NCBI GenBank assembly: GCA_964016885.1
Contig: OZ024741.1
Coordinates: 69,936,001-70,000,000, forward strand
Length of the DNA stretch: 64,000 nt
From: Eledone cirrhosa
Lineage: Eukaryota
Direction of reading: 5' to 3'
Shown here: positions 31,860-47,491 of the stretch, in pieces
Layout of the letters: the number at the start of each line of letters is the position of its first letter
Numbering within the stretch: position 1 is the stretch's first letter
Notes under the pieces: generated by a model
Databases searched by the model: none
Told to the model about the DNA's origin: nothing
Seen by the model: only the letters and a program-made list of their open reading frames with translations
Translations under genes and position numbers: made by a program

Positions 31860-32469
31860 TGTCAGGTCACCAGTTGGTGCTACTGGTAACATGTATTCCA
31901 GTACAACCTGTCCCATGGTCGGGTCGTTGGCGACTAAACTGGCAACCCCACCAAGGTTTCTTGGTGAGGAGGGTGACTTTGGACATCCTGCAGGACTAAA
32001 AACAAAACCTGTCAAAAGGCAAAGGAGCTCTTAAGAGTCAATGGCCATCCAAAATCACCGGGAGAGATGACCCCTTAGCCTTTGTCAAGGCAGAATTCTA
32101 GGAGAAGGAAAACTCTGATATAACACCTGCAACCCTGATGGTATCCAATGATGTTGACTTGTTCTTCTTTTTGGTAAATATCATCTTGGTTAAGAGAGTG
32201 GGACTGGCTTTGTGCAGTGCCTTTGCTCACTATAAAAGCTTCACGGCACAGGCATTGCTTTATATCTGGAGATCTCTCTGCATTTCTCGTCACATGGTAC
32301 CATGGGCCCAGCACTATGTGTCAATAATTGTCACAAGTGTAGTGTTTGTACCAGAGCTTTCAAGTCGCTGGCTGGACTAAAAAGTCACACTCGTTCAGCG
32401 CATCAGTAGGGGTTCTCCTACATGGATATAAAGTAGTGGCCGTACTCGAAAACGAGTTGGCAGCCACCA
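31860..32469 (+). mobile_element. ~610-bp RTE-derived non-autonomous element (copies 22789-23396 +, 46721-47330 +, 6421-6972 -, diverged ~21275-21590 -)
   Basis: Near-identical copies; RTE-like 5' UTR motif CTAGGAGAAGGAAAACTCTG joined to a C-terminal C2H2 remnant ([15 protein letters not shown]) and a terminal CTCG-AAAA-CGAG hairpin. Confidence 0.75.
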
Positions 32470-32511
32470 TATATGTATGTATATATATGTATATATATAT
32501 ATCTCTCTATA

Positions 32512-32571
<60 letters not shown>

Positions 32572-32589
32572 TATTCATATTCATTTATA

Positions 32590-32671
<82 letters not shown>

Positions 32672-32800
32672 TATTCATATTCATTTATATACATGCATAC
32701 CTATATATCCATGTATATATATATATATACACACACGTATATATATACATTAATATATATATAAATATATATATACACACACGCATATATATATACATTA

Positions 32801-32833
<33 letters not shown>

Positions 32834-33108
32834 TATATATATATATAATATATAAGAACAAAAGATGGTTAAAGATGGTTAAAAGATGGTTAAAGGTGTG
32901 TTTTCATCAGATAAAACAGGAGGACATGATATGAAGGCTAAAAAACACTTGTGGATAGTTCAGTTTTAATTATGTATACTCCAGTCCTACAAACTGTAGA
33001 GTGCTTCTTATCCGATATCTGCATTGCTTTATTGTACTACAATAAAACTCACCTCATACATATATATATATATACATATGTGTATATATATATACATATG
33101 TGTATATA

Positions 33109-33185
<77 letters not shown>

Positions 33186-33276
33186 ATATATGTATATATG
33201 TATGTATATATATGTATATATGTGTATATATATGTATATATGTATATATATATGTATATATGTATGTATATATATG

Positions 33277-33311
<35 letters not shown>

Positions 33312-33434
33312 GTATATATGTATGTATATATATGTATATATGTATGTATATATATGTATATATGTATGTATATATATGTATATATGTATGTATATATATG
33401 TATATATGTATGTATATATATGTATATATATATC

Positions 33435-33528
<94 letters not shown>

Positions 33529-33846
33529 CACACACGCATATATATATACATTAAAGATTTGTATATATATATATGTTATACCCCTGCCTTTGACAAGGAA
33601 TGTACCAACCAACCTCTGGAGTGAAGTTTAATCAGAGCACAGCCAAAAAATTAAATGTCAAACTGTCAAAAAGAAAAAAAAAAGAAAGAACAACAACAAA
33701 CAGCAACAACCCATATAAAAAAATAAAATAAAATAAAAAAACGAATATCTTGAAAAATAAAGATAAATATAAATAATAAAAACATTATACCACCTCTAGG
33801 ATCATCACAAGAAACCAGCAGAATAATAACAAAAATATAAAAAACA

Positions 33847-33903
<57 letters not shown>

Positions 33904-34516
33904 TAACATGGCCACAATAAAAATATAGAAATAAAAATAATATATAAGTGAAAAGAAGAAAATTAATCCCAACATCAACAACAATGATAACAAATATAAA
34001 AAAAACTGATTTCACCAGGCGGTAAAACATGAGACGAAGACGCCGTGGAGGAATAGGAAGACACGGTAGAATATTTGGCCAAATAACACCAACAAACGGT
34101 ATAATGATGATGATGATGATGAAGAAGGAGGGAGAGGAGAAAAAGAAGCGTAAGAAGAAGAAGAAAAGAAGAGCAAGAAGAAGAAAAAGAAGAAAAGAAG
34201 AAGAAAAGAAAAAGAAGAAGAAAAATGCAGAATAGTAGGAAAAAGAAGAAAAAGAAGAGTAAGAAGAAGAGTAAGAAGAAGAAGAAGAAGAAAGAAAGAA
34301 AGAAATCAAAGTGTATCCATATCCTGATAACAAAGTAATCACCGCATGATGTTATTTTCCTTTCTATTTTAGTATATTATAAGTACGGTATATATATACA
34401 TATATAAGCGCGTATGTGTAGGTATTATGTATATATACAAATGCATGTATGTATACATATATATGTACATGTATATGTGTAGGTATTATGTATGTATACA
34501 TGTATGTCCACACACA

Positions 34517-34567
<51 letters not shown>

Positions 34568-34577
34568 GTATATACAT

Positions 34578-34610
<33 letters not shown>

Positions 34611-35639
34611 TAGCTTTTTTTTCTTCTCTTAGCTGAGCTGATACCGTACAAAATGACAAAAGGGATTAATCAAACTTCAAAAAGCTTGTTTTATTCTATA
34701 CCCCCTTCTCGCCCTCACCTTCCTTCCTAAGGTCGCTGAACTTCTTCGAGACACTTTTACCCCCAAACAGCCCTACCTCCATTTCTTTTACACTCAATGT
34801 TAATAAGCCATGCGCGAAAAAACTTGAAGTTGTTTTTTTTTGCTATCAGATAACGGTAATTTTTTTTTACTATTATCAGTAATTGTCACTGACTTGTGAC
34901 TTTGGCATTTCTTTCCATCTTTTTTTTCCTTTGTTTCGCCCCCACCCCTCCTTTTAATACTATTTTTATTATCAAATCTCCTACAATGCTATGTGAGTAG
35001 ATGAATGAGCCAGCGGTAGGGATGTATGTAGAAGTAATTTCATTTTCACCGAACGCCATTTTTTGTCTTTATTTCGTTTTAAAATATCTTATTTTATTAC
35101 AATATGGTAGTCATTTCGTTGTTTTTATATTGTTAATGATGTTGTTGTTGCTGTTGTTTTATATACACACCACACGAATCGGTGTGTGTGTGTGTGTGCG
35201 TGCGTGTGCGTGTCTAATAGACGTCTTGGGCAAGAATACCATAGGTTCGGGTTGACAGAAATCATGTGGGTGAAGTTATGTTGACAGAAATTGTGCGAAA
35301 AGCCCATTGGATGAATTGTGCCTGCTATTATGATTTCTACTATAGGCACAGGGCCAGCAATTTGGAGAGAGGGCTAAAGCAGATTAAATCGACCCCAGTG
35401 CGTTACTGGTACATAATTTTATCGACTTCGTAAGGATGAAAGTCAAAGGTAACCGGGACGGGATATGAACTCAGAACGTAAAGGGTCATAACTCTATACC
35501 GTTAAGCATGATGTCCGACGCTCTACCGATACTGTTATAATGACAAGATACATTGTATCACACTGATGATTAATGTTAAGGGCATGAAATATTCAGCCAT
35601 TTAATTCAATATAATTCAACGAGTAGGCAATAGTTCAGT

Positions 35640-36000
35640 GCTCTTTTATTTGGCAGGTGTGAAAGAAGGGACAGTGCCCATAGCTTTTACAGATCCTGCA
35701 CGACCTGTGAGATTGATACCATTAATGCTCCGCTTTAAGTTTTTGAGAGATAAGAACAGGAAAGTATTTTCAGAGGGATGGCGTTCGGAACAGTAATGTT
35801 TGGGTGTAGTGGTTAGTGTGGTGTTTAGGATTTTGGACAAGAAGAATGATGAGAAACAAGTGAGGTAGGAGTGCTTGTATAAGGATGACAGGAGGCCTTT
35901 ATAGTAGCTGTAGAAGAAATAGGAGACAGCATGCCTGTGTGCCAGAAACTGAAGTGTATCTGTTGATCAGTTTTCATCAAAGAATTTCTTCACGCTCTAA
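35640..36000 (-). mobile_element. Degraded CR1/Jockey-like LINE 3' fragment
   Basis: LQFLAHRHAVSYFFYSYYKG resembles the L..L.HRR.V....FY.YY.G motif. Confidence 0.4.
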
Positions 36001-36562
36001 GTTCAAATTACAACCGGGTTGACTGCATTTTTCATTGTTTTAAGCATCAATGATATAAGTACTATTTCTGACTAGTATCAAGCTTGTTATCTATATCTCC
36101 GCCTCACACATTTGTGGACTTGTGAAATTTCAGTCAAGATATACTTATCGTTAGACAGTTGAAAACCAGCATAGTTACGTCCCTTTACGATCTGAGTTCA
36201 AATCCCGCCGAGGTTGACTTTGCCTTTCATCCTTACGGGGTCGATAAAATAAAGTACCAGTAATGCACTGGAATACTTGCTGGCCTCGTGTCAAAAGTAA
36301 AAACAATTATATCATATATATATATATATATATATATTTGTATATATATATATATATATATGGACTGCATTTAACTATTATTTGTTAATCCGTATATATA
36401 TATATATATATACGGATTTGTAAAACCTCATAAATCCATCGGATTTATGAGGTTTTACAAAGCGAAACTGATCAGTAAGGGCCACTAGAAGAGGTAAATA
36501 TTTATATTATATTTTTTAATGTATTTTGAAAAATTGATTGAATTTTACTTGTTCTGCTTATC

Positions 36563-36617
<55 letters not shown>

Positions 36618-36638
36618 ATATATATATATATATATATT

Positions 36639-36725
<87 letters not shown>

Positions 36726-36831
36726 ATGTATGTTGTGTGTATAGTTATATATATATATGTATATATATATATTTGTATGTATGTTGTGTGTATATATATA
36801 TATATATATATGTGTGTATGTATGTTGTGTG

Positions 36832-36878
<47 letters not shown>

Positions 36879-36892
36879 ATGCATACACACAC

Positions 36893-38764
36893 ATGTCCGG
36901 TTTGTTCATTTGTATGAATTCACTAAAATGAACAAACAAGCTTTCATCCATCCTTTTAATAACTCGACACGGGCTTACACATTTCTGCCCAGAAACAACC
37001 ATTCTAAATCACTTACATGTAATAGGGAAGGTGCCAAAGCTGGAAAAACGGGTGCAGCACAATCTGACTCACTTACATGCAATAGGGAAGGTGCCAAAGC
37101 TGGAAAAACGGGTGCAGCACAATCTGACTCACTTACATGCAATAGGGAAGGTGCCAAAGCTGGAAAAACGGGTGCAGCACAATCTGACTCACTTACATGC
37201 AATAGGGAAGGTGCCAAAGCTGGAAAAACGGGTGCAGCACAATCTGACTCACTTACATGCAATAGGGAAGGTGCCAAAGCTGGAAAAACGGGTGCAGCAC
37301 AATCTGACTCACTTACATGCAATAGGGAAGGTGCCAAAGCTGGAAAAACGGGTGCAGCACAATCTGACTCACTTACATGCAATAGGGAAGGTGCCAAAGC
37401 TGGAAAAACGGGTGCAGCACAATCTGACTCACTTACATGCAATAGGGAAGGTGCCAAAGCTGGAAAAACGGGTGCAGCACAATCTGACTCACTTACATGC
37501 AATAGGGAAGGTGCCAAAGCTGGAAAAACAGGTGCAGCACAATCTGACTCACTTACATGCAATAGGGAAGGTGCCAAAGCTGGAAAAACGGGTGCAGCAC
37601 AATCTGACTCACTTACATGCAATAGGGAAGGTGCCAAAGCTGGAAAAACGGGTGCAGCACAATCTGACTCACTTACATGCAATAGGGAAGGTGCCAAAGC
37701 TGGAAAAACGGGTGCAGCACAATCTGACTCACTTACATGCAATAGGGAAGGTGCCAAAGCTGGAAAAACGGGTGCAGCACAATCTGACTCACTTACATGC
37801 AATAGGGAAGGTGCCAAAGCTGGAAAAACGGGTGCAGCACAATCTGACTCACTTACATGCAATAGGGAAGGTGCCAAAGCTGGAAAAACGGGTGCAGCAC
37901 AATCTGACTCACTTACATGCAATAGGGAAGGTGCCAAAGCTGGAAAAACGGGTGCAGCACAATCTGACTCACTTACATGCAATAGGGAAGGTGCCAAAGC
38001 TGGAAAAACGGGTGCAGCACAATCTGACTCACTTACATGCAATAGGGAAGGTGCCAAAGCTGGAAAAACGGGTGCAGCACAATCTGACTCACTTACATGC
38101 AATAGGGAAGGTGCCAAAGCTGGAAAAACGGGTGCAGCACAATCTGACTGACTGTAATTGGGAATGTCGAGCGACAATTGCCACTTCTCTGCTCTCCTAC
38201 GATTGCACAAGCAGCTGGTGATGAAAAATGGAGCTTACACATTAACGTTAAGTGGATTGATAAAGAGAATGCAACACAACGGCAAGCAAAGGCGCACCCC
38301 CACCCCCCGCAAGGCCCTACGTAGCGTCTGGTGGGACTGGAAAGGTTTCATCCACTACGAGCTGCCCTCACCGAACACCAGCATAACTTCTGATATCTAT
38401 TGCCAATAACTGGAAAGATCAGCAGCGAAAGTCACACAGATGCGCCCACCCCATGGTCTTGATCCATTCTTTCATGATAAGGATCGGCCGCATACATCAA
38501 AGATGACCCTTTGAAAAGCTGGTGGAACTAGTTTGGGAGATCCTGCCCCACCCACCCTAATCACCAGACGACCTCACACCTACAGACTATCACCTTTTTA
38601 TCTCAATGAGCAATGTAATGCAAACAAAGACCTTTGCCAATGAATAGCAGTTAAATCAGTGGCTGACGGAATTCTTTGCATCGAAGAGATGGAATCATGT
38701 GCCTACCTAAACGATGGCAGACGGTAATCGCAAAGTCAATAAGAAATTTCTGCCCAACCTAATA
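36893..38764 (+). pseudogene. Mariner (DD34D) transposase relic with 3' TIR
   Basis: HLH.IGKV.KL.KRVQHNLT (WVPHEL linker equivalent), GDEKW, VWWDWKG..YE, HD..RPH, HPP*SPD..PTDYHLF; TIR-like end TTTCTGCCCAACCTAATA. Confidence 0.85.
37009..38149 (+). repeat. 19 x 60-bp tandem repeat inside the mariner relic
   Basis: Units identical except at 37020 and 37530. Confidence 0.97.
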
Positions 38765-39402
38765 TATTCACAACCCATCAGCATAATCGTGATATACACC
38801 CTTAAATAAGTATCGCTGTAAAATATTAAAAATATGGATTATTCGTGTAATGATGGCATTTGTGCCTTATATAGGTCATGCAAGATAACCAACGCATTTA
38901 AAGTGTCTAAATCAATCGTTGAAAATCACTTACAGAATTTGTTTTTATATATATATAGAAATGTTTTTATTCACAGTGGTATAAATAACATTACAAATAT
39001 TGATGAAAATATGAAAAAAAAAGATAAAAACAAAAGTAAGTAATGAACAGAGGTGGTGGGAAAGAAGGGCAGATCTGGCCGTATAGGAAAGTAAAGGAAA
39101 GAAAGAGCAACAGCTATTAGGCCACGGAAGAAAGGGAGAGGGGAGGGGAGAGGGTGACAGGCTCTACGCCAAGGTCGGGGCAGTGTTTCGGTTGTACCCC
39201 GCGGAAAAAATTCCAAAGGCATTTCCGCGGACAATGACCAGTGACACACGCTGCAACAGCCACTCCACCTCGCGAGGCTCCTTCCCCAGACAGGCTGTTG
39301 ACGTTCCGAAACCCCTTCTCCATTCTGTCCGCCGGGGCCGTGGGGAGGCCACCAATATGATTGACTACTGACTTGTCATTTTATCAGTCAGATGTTCTAA
39401 TG

Positions 39403-39439
<37 letters not shown>

Positions 39440-39519
39440 CAAATGAATTGTGGTAAGGAACCAGATGGACCATAACGCACCAGAGTACTCAATACTTAGG
39501 GTAGTAGAGTGGGAAATAG

Positions 39520-40003
39520 GAAAAATAAATAAATAAATATATACACAAGCACAATAACAACAAACACATAAAAACACACACTAATAAACTAAGATAGAAT
39601 ACAATAACGAAAACACAGTAACCCAAACGCGAACACACACCAAACACTATACACACACGCAAATGCATGCGCAGAGAAGAAGACAAAAATAAATAAATAA
39701 ATAAATAGATAAAATAAAAATGGCGTAGATATACATACAATACAACAGGAGGAACATAATAGTACCACTAATGATGTTGCAGATGTGCAACAAAAGAACT
39801 TTGTTAGACTATATATATATGTGTTTATATCTATATTATATCTGTATTTTTGACCGTCGGTCAGTCAATGGTAAACATTGAGGACCAAATGAATTAACTG
39901 TGGAGATATAAAAGATACAGAAGCGAAAACTAACCAAACAGTGAGTGTGTTCTGTTATTATTTCTGGCAATATTATTACAACAATATGACCCTCCCCAAG
40001 TAT

Positions 40004-40010
<7 letters not shown>
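39520..40010 (+). mobile_element. PLE family A 3' non-coding end only
   Basis: Aligns by eye with 1680-2104 and ends at the same point as the copy ending at 25950. Confidence 0.85.
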
Positions 40011-40067
<57 letters not shown>

Positions 40068-40124
40068 GTATACATATACATATATGTTTATATGCATATA
40101 TACATATCTGCATCTCTCTCATGC

Positions 40125-40159
<35 letters not shown>

Positions 40160-40589
40160 TTGTTTGTGTGTGTGTCTATAATGATGTATGTCCGTGCACA
40201 TACACACACACATACACACATAAACATATATGTTCTTTTTCATTTTCTCTCTTCTCATTTTTTAACTGTCGAAAACCGAAATTTACTGCAGCTGGAAATT
40301 GCACTTTTCTACCAGCCTCCACTGATAAGAGAACTGATGGCGTACTCTTATCTTAAAGATCTCTGTCTAAAATGAGGTTCATATCTTATATATGCATGGA
40401 ATTGGATAACAATAAATTGTTCAATGTGGACATATAATTTCTTCTGATTTTATAATATTAAGAGCAATATATATTTGTCGTTGCTAAGTTGCCAATCCTG
40501 GAGCTGGTTTTTCCCTCATTTCGGCTTTGATTCTACCGCTGGTCTTATTGAGCGGGGTGTCAGCAGTCGGTCATTATCTGCCAGTTTGA

Positions 40590-40804
40590 GGGCGGTGGAT
40601 TGGCAGTATCGGTAGAGGATCGGACGCCATGCCTTGCAGCATAGAGTTACGGCCCTTTATGATCTGAGTTCAAAACCCTAACCCTAACTTTGTCTTTCAT
40701 CTTTACGGGGTCGATAAAATAAAGTACCAGTCGCGCACTGGGGTCGATTTAATCGACTTTCCCCTCCCCCAAAATTGCTGGCTTTGTGCCTATATAAGAC
40801 ACCA
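40590..40804 (+). mobile_element. tRNA-derived SINE, full-length representative
   Basis: A box TGGCAGTATCGG, B box GAGTTCAAA, central CTTTCATC.TTACGGGGTCGATAAAATAAAGTACCAGT domain resembling the Meta-SINE domain. Other copies at ~5017-5590 (three in tandem), 19318-19455, 35335-35535, 36170-36310, 41665-41831, 42382-42572, 43052-43240, 50637-50842, 55670-55875, 56853-57020, 58411-58593. Confidence 0.85.
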
Positions 40805-41009
40805 AATATCTGCCAGCGTTAGTTTCTTGAAATCTTTTTCAAGCAGATAGGATGCTATTCTTTGCACATACCCTGACCCCATCCGCACTGTGTTTAATAA
40901 TGGGCACGAGACTCTTTTATTTACCATCTCGTTCTGATAGATCATTTTTTCTCTCTATCGAAACCACAACGACTTGCTACAGCAGAATTCAATCATTTGC
41001 TGAAATTTG

Positions 41010-41135
41010 TTGCCATTCGCCCTACCAGTATCAATTAGTCTGGTCTTCATCCCTTCATAAGGTCTCTAAAAAAACTCCAGGTAACTTGCGAATATATGGT
41101 GACTATTGGATGCTTTACACCCATACTAAACCTTG
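41010..41135 (+). mobile_element. Gypsy-type RT relic
   Basis: IRP...WSSSLHKVSKKTPGNLRIYGDY.ML resembles WASPLH.V.KK..G.WR..GDYR.LN. Confidence 0.45.
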
Positions 41136-42149
41136 CACCTCATTTGTAATTTTTTTTTTCACTTCATGGTGCTGAAATAGTGTTTACTATCAGAGACCTA
41201 GTGAGCTGGATGATATTTTTAAAATCGTAAGTTCTCCCAGGCATTTTAAACCCATGTCTGTTAAGAAGTTCACGACCTCGATTCCATATCGCAATACGCG
41301 ATAGATATTCGCTACATCAATGGCTTGAACAATTATACAGCTGACGCACTATGAATTTGGTTTCACGATATTGAATATAAAAATCAAAATGGACAATTAT
41401 AAATTAAAATAAAAGACATAGTGAGTTTGGAGTTTAAAATTAAACAAAATTATCAATAAATATTATACAAGAGTTGGCGGAAAAGCTTATAGGCTTACCA
41501 AGATGCTCTCATGGAATGACTATATAAGGTTTATTTTACAACATAGTCCCTCGAAAGAAACAATACAGTTATTAATAAGTGTTGAAATGAATGCATGCAA
41601 TATTTCATAGTCAGTCTATGAACCTTTGAGTCCATTCTCAAATGCAGCAAATTATAGGATTAATAATTGTTTCTACTTTGGGCACAAGGCCAGCAAATAC
41701 CCAGTGTATAACTGGTACTTTATTTTATCAACCCATAAGGATGAAAGGCAAAGTTAACTTCGGCGGGATTTGAACTATATGCGTCAAAGCATGGCGTCTG
41801 ACCCTCTACCGATACTGCCAATCCACCGCCCTTATTATAGGATTAATAAGATAAGATTGAATAATATAGGATTAAATACACTGATTAATATGTAATTTCA
41901 AACGATATTTATTTTCAAATTATTTGCAGTGTACTATTTAAAATAATCAGTTATTTTTTTTCAATGATAATTGAAGTAGAAACAAATAAAGTTGATAATG
42001 AAGAAAAGTCAGAAGTAGGATATGTTTTCTGTGCAACATTTACAACAATATTTTAATAAAAAAAATTAAAAAAAAATTACGTGAATTGTTAGAGTTAAGT
42101 AGATCATCCAAAAGCTGCGGAGCGGTTTATCCGAACCACACACACGCAC

Positions 42150-42219
<70 letters not shown>

Positions 42220-42242
42220 GTATATATATATTAAAATCCTTA

Positions 42243-42286
<44 letters not shown>

Positions 42287-44037
42287 AAAATGTGAGATCC
42301 TTAGTACAGTTAGGTATATTTGAAAAAAAAGGGAAAAGAATGATTTCACTTGTAGTTCTAAATAATTTGATTTAATTTTATAATTGTTTCTACTTTTTGG
42401 CACAAGGCCAGCAATTATCCCAGTGTATTACTGGTACTTTATTTTATAGACCCCGTAAGGATGAAAGGCAAAGTTAACCTCGGCGGGATTTGAACTCAGA
42501 TCATAAAGGGCTGTAACTCTTTGCTGTAAAGCATGGCGTCCGACCCTCTACCGATACTGCCAATCCACCGCCCTTTTTTTTTCATTATATCAGTGAAGTC
42601 ATTTTTTTTCCAATATATATATATATATATATATAAGCAGTCCGAAGCTTTAAGTCTCCCCGCTGGATATGAAGCCAGTCAACTGCATTCATACATAGAC
42701 AGATACATGCATACATACATACATGCATTCATATATACATTCATACATTCATACATGCATGAATACATACATACATACATACATACATACATACATACAT
42801 ACATACATACATACATACATACATACATACATACATACATACATACATACATACATTCATACATACATACATACATACATACATACATTCATACATACAT
42901 TGGACTGCTATTTCTAGCATATAAAGCGAATTCAAAACGGTTCCGACGTAGCATACTACTTGATCATGTAAATAATTATAATATTGCTTTAATTATTACA
43001 ATTTAAATTCTACGTCAAAATATTTAGTACCTCTACTTTAGATAGTTAAATAATTGTTTCTACTTTTGGCACAAGGCCAGCAATTATCCAGTGTATTACT
43101 GGTACTTTATTTTATCGACCCCATAAGGATGAAAGGCAAAGTTAACCTCGGCGAGATTTGAACTCAGAATGGCAAGGGCCGTAACTCTATGCGTCAAAGC
43201 ATGGCGTCCGACCCTCTACCGATACTGCCAATCCACCGCCATAATATAGCAAAATAGAAGTCACTAATGGACATCTTTAAATAATGTACCGTATTTTTTG
43301 GCCTAATGAACGTCCCATCGTATAAGATGCCTCATGGTTTTCCATGGAAATTTTGAGAAAAAAAGAATTTTAGTACATTTCTTCATAAATCTATTAAGAA
43401 TAATTTCATTGTTTTTACAGAAACTCTTATATAAGTTCAACATCATTTTGCTTATATAAATTGTATTGTATTACTGTATTAGTAATATTAATAGTAATAC
43501 AAACTAAATCTTTTAAAACCATTATTGCCTTCACTCTTCTTTCGGCCTTCCATTGGTGATATGGGCGTATTGGACGCAGCGAAGATTTACAGGAAGAAAG
43601 TGCGCCCAATAGGCCGATATATACAGTAATTGAATTTGAACCATGTATTCTAGTAGGTTTGTTGCAAATGCTGTCCCTTTCTATGTTCGCTTTTTTGTCT
43701 ATATATGTACACACACATACACACACGCGCACACACGCACTCGCTCGCATACATACTCGTATACACACATGTATATAATACATTCTGTATAAGCTATCAA
43801 AGTAGTGGGTAGTTTTGAAAGTTTTAGAAAATGTAGGAATCCCAAACGCAGAAAATAACTGTAAACACTATAAATAATAGCTTAGGAAAATCGGGTAAAA
43901 TATGTCAGATATGATTTCCTTCGAATGAAACAGTTCGAATGAAATAGTCCTGTAGAAGCCATTTCTATATTAAAAATTTATACTCTGCTATGTATTGAGT
44001 ACCTAACTGTGGTTTCCCCCGATTGAACTCGGGATAC

Positions 44038-44135
<98 letters not shown>

Positions 44136-44137
44136 AG

Positions 44138-44170
<33 letters not shown>

Positions 44171-44195
44171 TATATATCCTTGTATGTATGTATGG

Positions 44196-44229
<34 letters not shown>

Positions 44230-44707
44230 AGATGTGTTTGTGTGTATGTGTATACACTCATACTTAATCACCTCCGGTCCAATATACTTTGGTATTTGAG
44301 CACCAACTTAAAAAGAAAAGTAAACTCTTTGGAACTAAATGCCAGGGAGATGACAGAGTGAAAGCTGAGCAAATATTATCATCGCGTGTTTCCGGTAAAG
44401 TCAGATTAATACAACAATGGCTGCAAACACTGACTTCTATCTGTATTTAAAGGCGGATAAATCCCTCACTGGTTGTTCTAAAGTCACAGAAACAATATCG
44501 AGAAGAAAGGGAAAATTTTGGTGATCTTTACAAAAGACAAACTGATTGTAGATTTTGCTAAAGTACAAAGGAAAAATAAAATGAGAAGAAAACATTGGAA
44601 CATTCGAAAGAATAAACACACATCTAAAAAGAGAAATGGATTCAACCTCTATTTTTTTTTTTTGCAGTGGTGGTGAGGCAATTGTATGTTTTCAACAACT
44701 GTGTGGT

Positions 44708-44784
<77 letters not shown>

Positions 44785-45691
44785 GAAATAGAATTTCACC
44801 ACAAAGACTCAATCAATCTATTTATTTATCTATCTATGTCCCTTTTAACTGTATAATCAAAGAGGGGAGGGCATGTCGCATGACCTTTTTGAGGGATTCA
44901 GAGATTAATGGGAGGAAAGAAAGTAATCTCAAACTGGAGATCTGGTCAGTACATTTGCAACAGGGTGGGCTCATCTAAAGGCACTGAAGGACCAGGTGAT
45001 TGGGATATTAAAGCATGTGACAGATTATATCTACCACCTAAGTGGACCACGATAGAATTTGAACTCAAAACGCAAAGAAAGGGGGAAAATGTTACAAATG
45101 CATCGCTAACCCTCCACTTTGGACTGGTTCTTTATCCTGCAATTCTTAAATAAAAATTCTTTATACAATGCATAAAAAAGTGGAATTTTACGTCAGTCTT
45201 CACTAATTTAATAATTCCCATCAGTTTCGTTTCTAATCCAAACAAATTGCTAAAACGGCAAAGATGGCGTCGGGTAGTACAGGAAAATACGAAAATACGA
45301 AGGAAGTCTTAACAACGAATACCATTTAAGAACAGAGTAAACGTTAAGTTAGAGGTTCGTAGACAACGTAGATTTATGGGTGGCACCAAGCGCCTTGACA
45401 GTATCAACCATTTAAGAGATTATTTTAAGCACATGTCGTGAATTGTCTTAAATATAAATAGATGTGGAGTGAATTCCAAATGACAGAGAGACGAGAGTAA
45501 ATAATTCCAAGCGAAGAACCGTCAAAGAGAGAGATAAGGATGACTGAGTAAATAGATGTTTAATATGAAATGGGACTATAATATTAACACGATTTGTGTT
45601 TAACTATTACGGCATGTATGTATGCATGTATGTATGTGTGTATGTATCTATGTATGTATGTATGGTTGTATATATGTATGTGTGTATATAG

Positions 45692-45722
<31 letters not shown>

Positions 45723-45987
45723 TGTATGTATGTATGTATGTATGTATGTATGTATGTATGTGTGTGTGTATGTATGTGTTTGAAAGTGTGGTTACACCTT
45801 TACATTTATTTCAAATTTACCTTGTAATATATATATATATATATACACACACATACACATATATATATATATACACATACACACAAACACACACATACAT
45901 ATTATGTATATATATGTATATGTGTGTATATATATATATATGTATATATAAGTATATATATGTATATGTATATATATGTATATGTAT

Positions 45988-46019
<32 letters not shown>

Positions 46020-46455
46020 GTGTGTATATATATATATACACACATATACATGTATGTATATGTATATATATATATATATATATGCGAAAAGTAGACGGAA
46101 AAAAAACAAAGCAAAAATTAGAGCGCAATGAAGATATATATTAATTTAAAACTTGGTGTATTCGGAAGATATATATATAGTTTTACTTCATATTCATATA
46201 TGTATATGTGTGTATATATATGTGTATATATATATATTTATATATATATATATAATGTATATATGTTTATATATGTATATATATAAATATGAAGTAAAAC
46301 TATCACGCACGAACATATATAACTTGTGAATATATACACATATATTAGATAATAAATATTTAACAACACAACACACCATGTATTAGAAAATCATGGCTCA
46401 AAAACTGTATCTAATATCTAGATATAATGTATTTTACATACACTTTTATATATAC

Positions 46456-46539
<84 letters not shown>

Positions 46540-47328
46540 GGAAAAAATGAAACGAAATTAATTCGGGATGTTTGTTTACAAACACACCGAGCATTATAAT
46601 AAATGTTCTGTAAATCCATACGTTCATATATATATGTGTGCATGTATGTATATATACACATACTACTGTACGTCTCTATACATATATGTATGTACGTATA
46701 CATACTTATATATATATATTATGTCAGGTCACCAGTTGGTGCTACTGGTAACATGTATTCCAGTACAACCTGTCCCATGGTCGGGTCGTTGGCGACTAAA
46801 CTGGCAACCCCACCAAGGTTTCTTGGTGAGGAGGGTGACTTTGGACATCCTGCAGGACTAAAAACAAAACCTGTCAAAAGGCAAAGGAGCTCTTAAGAGT
46901 CAATGGCCATCCAAAATCACCGGGAGAGATGACCCCTTAGCCTTTGTCAAGGCAGAATTCTAGGAGAAGGAAAACTCTGATATAACACCTGCAACCCTGA
47001 TGGTATCCAATGATGTTGGCTTGTTCTTCTTTTTGGTAAATATCATCTTGGTTAAGAGAGTGGGACTGGCTTTGTGCAGTGCCTTTGCTCACTATAAAAG
47101 CTTCACGGCACAGGCATTGCTTTGTATCTGGAGATCTCTCTGCATTTGTCGTCACATGGTACCATGGGCCCAGCACTATGTGTCAATAATTGTCACAAGT
47201 GTAGTGTTTGTACCAGAGCTTTCAAGTCGCTGGCTGGACTAAAAAGTCACACTCTTTCAGCGCATCAGTAGGGGTTCTCCTACATGGATATAAAGTAGTG
47301 GCCGTACTCGAAAACGAGTTGGCAGCCA

Positions 47329-47359
<31 letters not shown>

Positions 47360-47491
47360 CGGGTAACAAATAATAGTTAAATGCAATATATACGGGGTAA
47401 CAAATAATAGTTAAATGCAGTCCACCTAGTTCATATAGTAGCCTGTATATTCTATTCTTTTCTTGCCTGTGTATTTTCTCCATTCTCGCAT

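Noticed and set aside
36757-38221. Repeat-protein ORFs or a CRISPR-like array
   Set aside because: Identical 60-bp tandem units with no unique spacers; derived from mariner sequence.
40590-40680. tRNA gene
   Set aside because: The A/B boxes belong to a multi-copy SINE head, and no complete cloverleaf was seen.
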